A DNA stretch of 32,000 nt from an archaeon (GCA_024277355.1 JAJRVL010000004.1:494575-526574), one strand, 5' to 3'; positions 19,638-29,158 are shown, counted from the first letter of the stretch. Made by a program: numbers and translations. Notes: generated by a model not told the origin, from the sequence alone.

Positions 19638-21545
19638 ATGGCTGACATAGAAATTACTTTGCCTGATAATTCAGTGAAAAAATTCAAGAAAGGAATTAAA
19701 GGAATAGACATCGCTAAAAAAATTGGAAGCAAACTAGCAAAAGATTCTTTAGCAGTAAGGGTAAACGATGAATTAAAGCCTTTAGGTTTTAAGATAGAAG
19801 AAAACAGCAAAGTAAGAATAATTACAAGGAATTCAACTGAAGGATTAGAAGTTTTAAGGCATTCAGCTTCCCATATTTTAGCTGAAGCAGTCAAAGAATT
19901 ATGGCCTAACACTAAATTAGGAATTGGTCCTTCAATAGAAGACGGATTTTATTATGATTTTTTTAAAAAAGAACCTTTTTCAAACGAAGACTTAAAAAAA
20001 ATAGAAGAAAAAATGAAAGAAATTGTAAAGAAAAATCACGAATTCAAGAAAAAAGAAATGGACAAAGATAAAGCAAGAAGTTTTCTTGAACAAAAAGGCG
20101 AAAAATTCAAAATTGATTTATTGAAAGATTTGGAAGGAGAAATTTCTTTTTTTGAATCAGGAAAATTTATTGATTTATGCAAAGGACCTCATATAAAAAA
20201 AACAGGAGAAGTCAAATACTTTAAACTGTTAAGTACAGGCGGAGCTTACTGGAAAGGAGACGAAAAAAATGAAACTTTGCATAGAATTTACGGTACAGCT
20301 TTTTTTTCTCAGAAAGATTTAGATGAATTTTTAAAGCAAAAAGAAGAAGCAGGAAAAAGAGATCATAGAAAAATAGGAAAAGAATTAGATTTATTTTCAA
20401 TTAATGAAATTGTAGGAAGCGGATTTATTTTATGGCATCCAAAAGGAACTGCATTAAGAAATGCAATAATGAAATTTGAAGAACAAGAACACTTTAACAG
20501 AAACTATGATTTTGTTACAACTCCTCATATTTTTAAAGCTGATACCTGGAAAACTTCAGGACATTATAATTACTATAAAGAAAACATGTATTTTTTAGAC
20601 ATAGATAAAATAGAATATGGAATAAAACCAATGAATTGTCCTGCTCATATAATGATTTACAAAAGAACACAGCATTCTTACAGAGAATTGCCAATAAAAT
20701 TTTTTGAGTTTGGAACAGTTTATAGATATGAAAAATCCGGAGTATTAGGAGGATTATTCAGAGTAAGAGGTTTTACTCAGGATGACGCTCATATTTTTTG
20801 TACTCTAGATCAATTAAAAGAAGAAATCAAAAAAGTAATTGAATTTTGTTTGTATATCTACAAAGTTTTTGGTTTTGAAGATGTAGCAATTAAATTATCA
20901 ACTAAACCAGAAAAAGCAATTGGAACAGAAGAACAATGGACTAAAGCAATTGATTCATTAAAAAAAGCTTTAGAAGAATCAAAACTTAAATTTGAATTAG
21001 ATAAAGGCGAAGGAGTATTTTATGGTCCAAAAATTGACTTTAAAGTAAAAGATTCAATTAAAAGAGAATGGCAGTTAAGCACAATTCAAGTGGACTTTAA
21101 TTTGCCTGAAAGATTTAATGCAGAATATGTTGGAAATGATTCAAAAAAACACAAAGTTGTAATGATTCACAGAGCAATTTTAGGTTCATTAGAAAGATTT
21201 ATTGGAATTTTAATTGAACATTATGAAGGAAAATTTCCTTTATGGTTAAGTCCAGTGCAATTCAAAGTTTTTGCTGTAGGAGAAAAATTTGAAGATTACG
21301 CAAAACAAGTAAATGACAAACTAAAAGAACAAGGTTTTAGGACTGAATTAGATTTAAGAGCTGAAACTGTTTCATATAAAATAAGAGAAGGACAATTAGA
21401 AAAAATTCCTTATATTATAGTTGTAGGACAAAAAGAAAAAGAAAACAACACTGTAACAGTCAGAGATCAAACAGGAAAACAAAAAACAATTTCTTTAAAC
21501 GAATTAATTGAAGAAAAAACAAAAGAAATAACAGAAAAAAAATAA
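19638..21545 (+). CDS. thrS: Threonyl-tRNA synthetase, bacterial-type architecture
   Basis: 635 aa; TGS domain, HSASHILAEAVKELWPNTKLGIGPSIEDGFYYDF editing domain, MNCPAHIMIYKRTQHSYRELPIKFFEFGTVYRYEKSG, GLFRVRGFTQDDAHIFC, anticodon domain WLSPVQFKVFAVGEKFEDYA. Confidence 0.97.
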   Translation: MADIEITLPDNSVKKFKKGIKGIDIAKKIGSKLAKDSLAVRVNDELKPLGFKIEENSKVRIITRNSTEGLEVLRHSASHILAEAVKELWPNTKLGIGPSIEDGFYYDFFKKEPFSNEDLKKIEEKMKEIVKKNHEFKKKEMDKDKARSFLEQKGEKFKIDLLKDLEGEISFFESGKFIDLCKGPHIKKTGEVKYFKLLSTGGAYWKGDEKNETLHRIYGTAFFSQKDLDEFLKQKEEAGKRDHRKIGKELDLFSINEIVGSGFILWHPKGTALRNAIMKFEEQEHFNRNYDFVTTPHIFKADTWKTSGHYNYYKENMYFLDIDKIEYGIKPMNCPAHIMIYKRTQHSYRELPIKFFEFGTVYRYEKSGVLGGLFRVRGFTQDDAHIFCTLDQLKEEIKKVIEFCLYIYKVFGFEDVAIKLSTKPEKAIGTEEQWTKAIDSLKKALEESKLKFELDKGEGVFYGPKIDFKVKDSIKREWQLSTIQVDFNLPERFNAEYVGNDSKKHKVVMIHRAILGSLERFIGILIEHYEGKFPLWLSPVQFKVFAVGEKFEDYAKQVNDKLKEQGFRTELDLRAETVSYKIREGQLEKIPYIIVVGQKEKENNTVTVRDQTGKQKTISLNELIEEKTKEITEKK

Positions 21546-21609
21546 GAAACACCTATTAAAAAAAAGAAATTAATTTAAATAAGAATTAAAATAAAAAAAC
21601 TAATTAATT

Positions 21610-21636
21610 GATGCAAAAGCATCTTTACTTTTTTTC
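21610..21636 (+). terminator. Hairpin plus T-run downstream of thrS
   Basis: GATGC-AAAA-GCATC followed by TTTACTTTTTTTC. Confidence 0.4.
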
Positions 21637-21685
21637 TTCTTAGTTAAATTTAAATAATCTAAAGCGGTTTTGTTATAGGATAAAC

Positions 21686-23401
21686 ATGGCTAAATATTTT
21701 AATGACTTAATCAAAAAAGCAAAAAGGATTAAAACAGAAAAAGACGAATTAAAACCTAAAACAAAAAAACCTGCAATAGATGAAGATAAAGTAAGAAAAA
21801 CTTTAGTCATGGAAAAAAGAAAAAAAAGAATGAAATTAGAAGAAGAACTTAAAAAAACTTTACCTGAAAAAAAAGAAATAAAAAAAGAAGAAGACTCTGA
21901 AGAAACAAAGGAAACAGAAAAAGAAAAAATTACATCTTCAGTTGATTTAGAATTAGAATCAATGGATAAAAAAGAAATTGATTCTTATGGAGACGTGAAA
22001 GTTTACAAAGTTCCTGGAAAAGTTTTGCCTTATTATGTTATTCCGGTAACTAAACCAACTTTAGGGGAAAGAACAATAATTAACACAATAAAAGAAGCAG
22101 CCACAAGATTAATTGCAATTGCACCATATAAAATTCGGGATCCTGAACAAAGAAGAACAGTTTACAGACAAAAAATAATTGAAATACTTCAGGCTTCAAG
22201 TGAACTAAATATTCCTGAAAGAAGATTTAATTTTTATGCTGAATCAGTTGTAAGAGAAATGGTTGGATATGGATTATTAGATCCGTTAATTAGAGACGAC
22301 CAATTAGAAGAAATTATGGTTATTGGACCAAAAAAACCTGTTTATATTTTTCACAGAAAACATGAAATGATGATGACAAACATTGAATTTTTTTCTGATT
22401 CAGAAATAACAGATTTAATTAACAGAATTGCAAGAGAAATCGGAAGAAGAGTAGACATGTCTTCTCCTTTATTAGATGCAAGATTAGCTGATGGTTCAAG
22501 AGTTAATGCGACAATTCCCCCTGCATCAATTTCAGGTTCAAGTTTAACAATCAGAAAATTCAGAGAAGACCCCTACTCAATAATTGATTTAATTAAATAC
22601 GGGACATTTAATACAACAAGTGCAGCTTTTGCCTGGCTTTGTGTTGATGGTTTAGGAGTTAAACCAGCAAATATTTTGATTACAGGCGGAACAGGTTCAG
22701 GAAAAACAACTACACTAAACGTTTTAGCTTCATTTATTCCTGAAAGAGAAAGAATTGTTACAATTGAAGACACAGCAGAATTAAATTTACCTTTAAAACA
22801 TATAATTAGTTTAGAATCAAGGCCTCCTGGATTAGAAGGAACAGGAGAATTAACATTAGATATTTTAACTAAAAATTCTTTAAGAATGCGTCCAGACAGA
22901 GTAATCGTAGGAGAAGTAAGACATGACGAAGCTTTCACTTTATTTACAGCTATGAACACAGGACATGACGGTTGTTTAGGAACAATTCACGCTAACTCTC
23001 CTCAAGAAACACTTGTAAGAGTTACAAGTCCTCCAATGAACGTTCCTGAAGTAATGCTTTCAGGATTAGATTTAGTTATAGTTGAACACAGAATTCATGA
23101 CAAAAAAAAAGGAACAATAAGAAGAATAACTGAAATAGCTGAAGTAACAGGAGTATTAGAAAACAAAACTTCTACTCAGACTTTATTTGAAAGAGACGCA
23201 GTAAAAGACAAATTAATCAGAACTAATGTTGAAAGTATATTCTTAAAAAATTTAATGAAATTTACAGGATACACTGCAAAACAAATTGAAGATGAATTAA
23301 ATGCAAGAGAAAAGTTTTTTGAAAAATTAATTGAAAAAGGCACAAGAGATATGGGCGAAGTTGTCACTGCAATGCACGACTTCCTAAATACAAGAAAGTG
23401 A
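21686..23401 (+). CDS. Type II/IV secretion (archaeal pilus/TadA-like) ATPase
   Basis: 571 aa; ILITGGTGSGKTTTLNVLASFIP, IVTIEDTAELNLP, LTKNSLRMRPDRVIVGEVRHDEAFTLFTAMNTGHDGCLGTIHANS. Confidence 0.95.
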   Translation: MAKYFNDLIKKAKRIKTEKDELKPKTKKPAIDEDKVRKTLVMEKRKKRMKLEEELKKTLPEKKEIKKEEDSEETKETEKEKITSSVDLELESMDKKEIDSYGDVKVYKVPGKVLPYYVIPVTKPTLGERTIINTIKEAATRLIAIAPYKIRDPEQRRTVYRQKIIEILQASSELNIPERRFNFYAESVVREMVGYGLLDPLIRDDQLEEIMVIGPKKPVYIFHRKHEMMMTNIEFFSDSEITDLINRIAREIGRRVDMSSPLLDARLADGSRVNATIPPASISGSSLTIRKFREDPYSIIDLIKYGTFNTTSAAFAWLCVDGLGVKPANILITGGTGSGKTTTLNVLASFIPERERIVTIEDTAELNLPLKHIISLESRPPGLEGTGELTLDILTKNSLRMRPDRVIVGEVRHDEAFTLFTAMNTGHDGCLGTIHANSPQETLVRVTSPPMNVPEVMLSGLDLVIVEHRIHDKKKGTIRRITEIAEVTGVLENKTSTQTLFERDAVKDKLIRTNVESIFLKNLMKFTGYTAKQIEDELNAREKFFEKLIEKGTRDMGEVVTAMHDFLNTRK

Positions 23402-23405
23402 AACC

Positions 23406-24563
23406 ATGAGTAAAAAAATAGATAAATTAAGAAAAATAATTGAAGAAAAAAAAGAGAAAAAAGACCAGAAAAAAGCTTCTGCAGATATGGATGAAGTTGA
23501 AAGAATTGTTGAAAAAATGAAAAGAAGATATTCCGAAGAAGGAATGGAAATGGAGGAAGTTGGCGGAAGATTAAAAGAATTAAGAGGAATTATTGCAGAA
23601 GGAAAACAAACAGAATTAGAAGTTCAAACAGTAGAAGACTTAAAAGTTTTTAGTTCTCCTTTAGTCCGGCAATTAGGAAAATTTTATTTAACATTAAAAG
23701 CAGTAACAAAACCACTTGAAAAAATTATAAGTAAACTGCCTCAAGTAAAGCAATTGAGTTTTTATTTGTATAGTGCAAACATGAAAATTTCAGCTAAACA
23801 ATTTTTAGCAATAATTACTTCAGTTGCATTAATTGTATTTGTTTTTTCTACAATTCTTTTAAGTTTATTGATTTTTACTTTTTTTCAGCAGGCTCCGCTA
23901 ATAACTAAAAGTCTTTTAGTTTTAATTGTAAGTTTAATGCTGACTTTTATTACAATAATAATTGGTTTTTTGATTCCAAGAAGAAAAGCAATGTCAAGAG
24001 GAGATGCAGTTTCAAGAGAATTACCTTTTGCTTTAAGACATATGGCAACAGAACTAAAATCAGGTTTAGGTTTATACAGAACAATTCAGACAATTGCAAT
24101 GGCAGATTATGGAGAATTAAGCGAAGAATTCTCCAGAACAATAAATGAAATTGAAGAAGGAACAGACACTAAATTAGCTTTAAGGCATATGGCTTTAAGA
24201 ACTCAGTCAAAAGCATTACGAAATTCTTTGATTCACGTAATCCGTGCTTTAAGAACAGGGGGAAATTTATCTGTTATTATGAATGACATTGCAGATGATG
24301 TATCTTTTTCTTTGAAAATGAAAATAAAAGATTTCTCCCAAAAAATGAATTTTTTTGGAACCATTTTTATTTATTTAGCAATTGTTATTCCTGTTTTTAT
24401 TTCAATTTTAGGAGGAATAAAAATTACTCCAATTCAATCAGGAAGTGTTTTTCAATCACTTCCATTAGATACTCCAGTAATGATTGTTTTCTTTGTGGTT
24501 TTTATGCCAATGCTTTTAACTTATCTGGTGTTCTTTATTTCATTAAGCCAGCCAAAGGTGTAA
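23406..24563 (+). CDS. Type II secretion F domain (TadC/FlaJ-like) membrane protein 1
   Basis: 385 aa; AMSRGDAVSRELPFALRHMATELKSGLGLYRTIQTIAMADYGELSEEFSRTINEIEEGTDTKLALRHMA, flanked by TM segments. Confidence 0.88.
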   Translation: MSKKIDKLRKIIEEKKEKKDQKKASADMDEVERIVEKMKRRYSEEGMEMEEVGGRLKELRGIIAEGKQTELEVQTVEDLKVFSSPLVRQLGKFYLTLKAVTKPLEKIISKLPQVKQLSFYLYSANMKISAKQFLAIITSVALIVFVFSTILLSLLIFTFFQQAPLITKSLLVLIVSLMLTFITIIIGFLIPRRKAMSRGDAVSRELPFALRHMATELKSGLGLYRTIQTIAMADYGELSEEFSRTINEIEEGTDTKLALRHMALRTQSKALRNSLIHVIRALRTGGNLSVIMNDIADDVSFSLKMKIKDFSQKMNFFGTIFIYLAIVIPVFISILGGIKITPIQSGSVFQSLPLDTPVMIVFFVVFMPMLLTYLVFFISLSQPKV

Positions 24564-24566
24564 TTC

Positions 24567-25586
24567 ATGGCAAGAGTAAGATTATATCAAAAAATAGGGT
24601 TTTTAAAGAACTCTTCATTCTTAAAAAAATACGAAAAATACTTGGATCAAATTAACCTTAAAGTTGATCCCTTGCTTTGGGTTACATTGTCTTTTTTGGT
24701 TGCAGTAATTGTTGCAATTTTAACTTTTTTATTACTTAAATTTTTATCTCCTGTAACTGATCCAGCTCAGGTTGCATTAGGAATACAAGAACCGCCTTTA
24801 ACTCAATCAATGGGAATAATGGTTTTTGTATTATTTTTTGTTTCAATTGACTTGATTATGGGTTATCCTTATATTAAAGGAGTTCAAAGAATTGGAAGCA
24901 TTGAACAGGAATTACCTGAAGCATTAAAGCAGATGGCAGACATATTAAAAGCAGGCGGAACATATGAATATGCTTTAAGAGAAATAAGTCATGCAGACTT
25001 CGGTCCATTAACAATAGAATTAGAAGCTGTGTTAAGAAAATTAGAAGAAGGAGAAAATTTTGAAGATTCATTATCAACTTTATCTTATAATATTGATTCA
25101 AGATTAGTTAAAAGAAGTGTAACAATAATAATTGATTCAGTTAAAGCAGGAGCAGGATTAGCAGATGTATTAGAACAGATTGCAGAAGACATAAGAGACA
25201 CAAACAGACTTAACCATGAAAGAAGAAGCCAGACTTTAATGCAGGTATTGTTTATGGTTACAGCAGGAGCAATTGTTACTCCGTTTATTTTTGGTTTAAT
25301 TTCAACTATAATTGGTTTTTTAATTTCTGCTTCAGCTAATTTAGGTGGTCTGCCAGATGAAATAAGAATTGACGCTACAAATTCAAAAACAATTTTACTT
25401 TTATTATTACAGATTTATATTTTTGTTGAAGTGACTGCTTCAAGCGTAATGATTTCTTTGATGAGAGAAGGCAAAAAAAACAAAAGTATTATATATCTTC
25501 CAATCCTCTTATTTATTGGATTTATAGTTTACTTTATTTCAGGAGCAATTTCAAAGTCTTTAATCGCAGGCATTGGAGGATTATAA
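24567..25586 (+). CDS. Type II secretion F domain (TadC-like) membrane protein 2
   Basis: 339 aa; RIGSIEQELPEALKQMADILKAGGTYEYALREISHADFGPLTIELEAVLRKLEEGENFEDSLSTL, with multiple TM segments. Confidence 0.88.
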   Translation: MARVRLYQKIGFLKNSSFLKKYEKYLDQINLKVDPLLWVTLSFLVAVIVAILTFLLLKFLSPVTDPAQVALGIQEPPLTQSMGIMVFVLFFVSIDLIMGYPYIKGVQRIGSIEQELPEALKQMADILKAGGTYEYALREISHADFGPLTIELEAVLRKLEEGENFEDSLSTLSYNIDSRLVKRSVTIIIDSVKAGAGLADVLEQIAEDIRDTNRLNHERRSQTLMQVLFMVTAGAIVTPFIFGLISTIIGFLISASANLGGLPDEIRIDATNSKTILLLLLQIYIFVEVTASSVMISLMREGKKNKSIIYLPILLFIGFIVYFISGAISKSLIAGIGGL

Positions 25587-25587
25587 A

Positions 25588-25731
25588 ATGGAAGAAAAAG
25601 CACAAACTTCAATTGAAACATTATTAATTATTGCTTCAGCAGTAGTTATTGCAGTAATTGTAGGAGCATTTTTGAAATCATTAGTCACAGGAACAGGCGG
25701 AATAGCCCATAAAACAGAACAATTAAGTTAA
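25588..25731 (+). CDS. Short class III signal peptide / pilin-like protein (47 aa), absent from ORF track
   Basis: Hand translation MEEKAQTSIETLLIIASAVVIAVIVGAFLKSLVTGTGGIAHKTEQLS; KAQ prepilin cleavage context; start 1 nt after the previous stop. Confidence 0.8.
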   Translation: MEEKAQTSIETLLIIASAVVIAVIVGAFLKSLVTGTGGIAHKTEQLS

Positions 25732-25743
25732 TGAAAAGAAAAT

Positions 25744-25803
25744 GTTTATAAACAAAAGTTGAGTTATTAAATAAAACATAAATTTTTATTAAAAAAAGGA
25801 GGG
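25744..25803 (+). promoter_or_regulatory. Putative promoter and strong ribosome-binding site for the pilin array
   Basis: Palindromic TATA-like GTTTATAAAC at 25744-25753; GGAGGG at 25798-25803, 7 nt before the ATG at 25811. Confidence 0.55.
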
Positions 25804-25810
25804 AAATTAA

Positions 25811-25984
25811 ATGGATAACAAAGCACAAGGAGCATTAGAATATTTGTTATTAATCGGAGGAGCAGTATTAATTGCAGCAATTGTAATTGTAATATTGACT
25901 TCACTTGCAGGACCAGGAAAAACAACTAATGCCTTAGGAAGATATAACAACGAATACAACACATTATACCACACATCTGTATAA
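25811..25984 (+). CDS. Short pilin-like protein (57 aa), absent from ORF track
   Basis: MDNKAQGALEYLLLIGGAVLIAAIVIVILTSLAGPGKTTNALGRYNNEYNTLYHTSV; class III signal peptide (KAQ), E at +5. Confidence 0.85.
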   Translation: MDNKAQGALEYLLLIGGAVLIAAIVIVILTSLAGPGKTTNALGRYNNEYNTLYHTSV

Positions 25985-26003
25985 ATTAACTAAAATGATT
26001 TCT

Positions 26004-26183
26004 ATGGAAAATAGAGCACAAGCATCAGTAGAATATTTGTTGTTAATTGGAGGAGCAGTATTAATTGCAGCAATTGTAATCATAATACTTGTTTCCTCTG
26101 CAGGGCCAGCAGGACAAACCAGTAACGCATTAGGAAAATATAACAACGAATACAATGAATTATACCACACAGAAACAACATAA
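26004..26183 (+). CDS. Short pilin-like protein, close paralog of 25811-25984
   Basis: MENRAQASVEYLLLIGGAVLIAAIVIIILVSSAGPAGQTSNALGKYNNEYNELYHTETT. The internal ATG at 26004 is preferred over 25995 because it matches the paralog start. Confidence 0.85.
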   Translation: MENRAQASVEYLLLIGGAVLIAAIVIIILVSSAGPAGQTSNALGKYNNEYNELYHTETT

Positions 26184-26193
26184 AGGAATTTTT

Positions 26194-26352
26194 ATGGATA
26201 ATAAAGCACAAGCAGCATTGGAATACCTTTTGCTTATAGCTGGTGCAGTTGTAGTAGCTGCAGTAGTTATAATTGCATTAGGTGGTATTACTAATTCAAC
26301 TCAAAATAAAACACATAATACTTTAACTCACTGGCTGACACATATTAGTTAA
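26194..26352 (+). CDS. Short pilin-like protein
   Basis: MDNKAQAALEYLLLIAGAVVVAAVVIIALGGITNSTQNKTHNTLTHWLTHIS. The ORF-track start at 26155 overlaps the previous gene; ATG 26194 matches the MDNKAQ paralogs. Confidence 0.8.
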   Translation: MDNKAQAALEYLLLIAGAVVVAAVVIIALGGITNSTQNKTHNTLTHWLTHIS

Positions 26353-26363
26353 AAGTGATTTTT

Positions 26364-26534
26364 ATGGAAGAAAAAGCACAGGTTTCAATTGAATATTTAT
26401 TAAGTGTGCTTTTTAGCATTGTGTTAGTTATGGCTGCTGCAATCCTGCTTGACACTTTAAGGGCTTTAGCTCAAACCTCTAAAGCAACAGTCTTAAGAGT
26501 AAGAGAACAAACAATAGAAACACTGATAGAATAA
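26364..26534 (+). CDS. Short pilin-like protein (56 aa), absent from ORF track
   Basis: MEEKAQVSIEYLLSVLFSIVLVMAAAILLDTLRALAQTSKATVLRVREQTIETLIE; KAQ prepilin context. Confidence 0.75.
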   Translation: MEEKAQVSIEYLLSVLFSIVLVMAAAILLDTLRALAQTSKATVLRVREQTIETLIE

Positions 26535-26545
26535 AAGGGGAAAAA

Positions 26546-27679
26546 ATGATTCCCTTTTCTTTTTTTTATTTCTTTTTTTCAATAACATTACTTGCTGTTG
26601 GAAGTTACACTGATTTCAAAGAAAGAATTATTTCAAATAAATTAACTTATTCTGCTGTTGCAATAGGAATATTAATTCATTTAATTGAATCCTATTATTC
26701 TGCTGATTATTCTGTTTTAGGAATAACTGTTATTGTAACAATTGCAACTTTTATTGCATCATATGGTTTATGGAAAATTGGAGTATGGGCAGGAGGAGAC
26801 GTAAAATTATTTACAGCATTAGCTGCATTAAATCCAGTTAATTTAGGAATAATAAGAGATGCAATTGGATTAAAATATTCATTGCTTGCATCAATTTCTC
26901 TTCCAGTTTTTCCTTTAACTTTATTTATTTTCAGTATTTTTTCAATGCTTCCTTACGGCGTTTTTTTAAGTTTAGGAACACTAAAAAAAAGAAAAGATTT
27001 AAGAGACAAATTAATTTTTGAATTAAAAGAAAAATTAATTTATACTGCAGAAACAATTGCATTAATTACAGGAATAAGTTTTATTTTAGGAAAATTCACT
27101 GAAGGAATACTTCTTTTTATTTTAGTTATTGCAGTAATAATTATTTCAACTAAATTAGAACATAAACTAAAATTAATTTTAACTTTAATTTTATTTGGTT
27201 TTGCACTTTATTCAGACTTTAAATTTGTTTTTCAGAATTATTTAATTGGATTTATTTCACTTTATTTTATTTATGTTTTCTTAAAAATGTTTTCTTTTGG
27301 AAGAGAATACTCATTAAAGAAAAAAATTAAAGTAAAAGAATTAGAAGAAGGAATGATTCCTGCTTTTTCTTTATATGAAATTGAAGGCAAAATAATAGAA
27401 AAAAAGCCTTTAAGTATAGGAAATATTATTAAGCATGTTAGAACTAATAATTTACAAGCATTACTGGGAGAACTTCAACCAAAAGGAAAAGAAATAGTTT
27501 CAGCAAAAAAAGCGGCAGGAATAACCGACGAAAAAGTATTAGAATTAAAAAAATTAGCAGAAGAAAAAAAAATTAATGAAGAAATAGAAATAAAATTAAC
27601 AGCACCAATGATTCCAGCAGTATTCATTGGATATGTGTTAGTTAATATTACAGGGGATTTGATTTGGAATTTAATGTAA
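26546..27679 (+). CDS. Prepilin peptidase, A24 family (PibD/FlaK/EppA-like)
   Basis: 377 aa; GSYTDFKERIISNKLTY and WAGGDVKLFTALAALNP aspartate motifs (D...GxGD-like), polytopic N-terminal part, extra C-terminal domain. Confidence 0.85.
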   Translation: MIPFSFFYFFFSITLLAVGSYTDFKERIISNKLTYSAVAIGILIHLIESYYSADYSVLGITVIVTIATFIASYGLWKIGVWAGGDVKLFTALAALNPVNLGIIRDAIGLKYSLLASISLPVFPLTLFIFSIFSMLPYGVFLSLGTLKKRKDLRDKLIFELKEKLIYTAETIALITGISFILGKFTEGILLFILVIAVIIISTKLEHKLKLILTLILFGFALYSDFKFVFQNYLIGFISLYFIYVFLKMFSFGREYSLKKKIKVKELEEGMIPAFSLYEIEGKIIEKKPLSIGNIIKHVRTNNLQALLGELQPKGKEIVSAKKAAGITDEKVLELKKLAEEKKINEEIEIKLTAPMIPAVFIGYVLVNITGDLIWNLM

Positions 27680-28173
27680 AAAAAGGACAAACTTCAATTG
27701 AATTTATGCTACTAATTGTTGTTACATTGCTTTATATTCAGACAGTAATTAATCCTAATGTAAATGAAGCATTAACAAGTGTTAGTGATACAGCAAGAGT
27801 AGGAGAAGCAAGACTTGCAACAGAAAAATTAGCTAATGCAGTAAATTATGTTGCAGCATCAAATTCTGAAAGCAAAACAACTGTTAACTTGTTTATTCCG
27901 GATCGAACAATAATAATGTGTGATGAAATAAATAATAGATTAAGATATGAAACAGTAATTGACTCAAACATTGCAAAATGCGGAATATTAGACGGCAATC
28001 CTGCAAACTGCGACAAAAACTTTGAATTAAATCCTACCATAAATTTAACTTGTTCAGTTCCTCCGTTTAACTCAAGTAAAATAATTGATGCAAATTATGT
28101 GTCTAATCCTGTAACATTATACATTGAAAGAGATTCAACTGGAAATGTAACAATAACAGGAAACATAAGTTAA
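27664..28173 (+). CDS. Pilin-like protein, class III signal peptide
   Basis: TTG start overlapping the peptidase 3' end; VKKGQTSIEFMLLIVVTLLYIQTVI, 169 aa with a soluble C-terminal domain containing cysteines. Confidence 0.65.
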   Translation: MEFNVKKGQTSIEFMLLIVVTLLYIQTVINPNVNEALTSVSDTARVGEARLATEKLANAVNYVAASNSESKTTVNLFIPDRTIIMCDEINNRLRYETVIDSNIAKCGILDGNPANCDKNFELNPTINLTCSVPPFNSSKIIDANYVSNPVTLYIERDSTGNVTITGNIS

Positions 28174-28185
28174 AGGTAAAAAAAA

Positions 28186-28545
28186 ATGAATAAAGGGCAG
28201 TCAAGTTTTGAAGTAATAATGGTTACATTAATTGTAATAGTTACTGCAACATTTATTTTAGGAACTTTTTTTGATTTAGGAGACCAGACTTTTGCTTTAG
28301 CTTCAATAAAAGCAAATGTAATGGAAGAATTAGATAAAAATGAAAGCTTTTATGTATTAAAAAAAATTTATTATGAACAGGCAAATACAAACACAATAGA
28401 GTTTGATATAATAGTAGTAGATGATACAATTCAGCAAAATCCTGCTTATTATTTTGATTTAAATTCTTCAGCTCAACGAATAATAAATTATACAAAATTC
28501 AAAAATTTAACAATAAAAATGTCAGGAAACCAAGTTTATCCGTGA
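28186..28545 (+). CDS. Pilin-like protein, class III signal peptide
   Basis: MNKGQSSFEVIMVTLIVIVTATFILGTFF..., 119 aa. Confidence 0.7.
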   Translation: MNKGQSSFEVIMVTLIVIVTATFILGTFFDLGDQTFALASIKANVMEELDKNESFYVLKKIYYEQANTNTIEFDIIVVDDTIQQNPAYYFDLNSSAQRIINYTKFKNLTIKMSGNQVYP

Positions 28546-28549
28546 AATT

Positions 28550-29110
28550 ATGTTAAAAGAATTTCTTAAACAAAACATTAAAGGATTTAACTACAAAAAT
28601 TTCATTGCAATGAAAATCCAGTTAAGTTTAATTTTAATGACTTTAACAGGATTTACTTTTTTTTTAACTGGGTTTTATTTTACTGCTTCACTAGAAATAA
28701 TTTTTTCTTTGGTTTTTTTTCATTCATTAACTGAAGCAAAAAAAGAATTCACACAAGACTTTAAATTATTTGTCTTGCTTTTTGGTTCATTTTATTTAAT
28801 AATCCAATTAATCTGGTTAAACCAGGTAATTATTCCAGCAGAAAACAGAATTGACTTTGGTTTTGTTTTAATTTTTATTTTAGTGATAATAACAGTGATT
28901 TATACTGTTTTAATTAAAAAAAACACAATTAAAGGAAAAGTTATTTCATCTAATGGAAAAGTAACTGTAATTGAAACAGAATTTGATTTAAGAAGTTTTA
29001 CTAAAGGTGGAAAACACATAATTGAAACCCCCCAAAAATTCAACGAAGGAACAGAAATCAAAATAAAAATACAAAAAAGCATTATAGGAAAACACATTGA
29101 AATAATTTAA
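28550..29110 (+). CDS. Membrane protein with soluble C-terminal beta-rich domain
   Basis: 186 aa; TM segments, then GKVISSNGKVTVIETEFDLRSFTKGGKHIIETPQKFNEGTEIKIKI; lies at the end of the pilus gene array. Confidence 0.55.
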   Translation: MLKEFLKQNIKGFNYKNFIAMKIQLSLILMTLTGFTFFLTGFYFTASLEIIFSLVFFHSLTEAKKEFTQDFKLFVLLFGSFYLIIQLIWLNQVIIPAENRIDFGFVLIFILVIITVIYTVLIKKNTIKGKVISSNGKVTVIETEFDLRSFTKGGKHIIETPQKFNEGTEIKIKIQKSIIGKHIEII

Positions 29111-29158
29111 TTCGCTTATTAACGAACAAAAAAAATTATTTAATTAACTTAACGCAGT

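Noticed and set aside
26155-26193. N-terminal extension MNYTTQKQHKGIF on the third tandem mini-pilin
   Set aside because: It overlaps the preceding paralog's 3' end. The internal ATG at 26194 gives the MDNKAQ start shared by neighbours.
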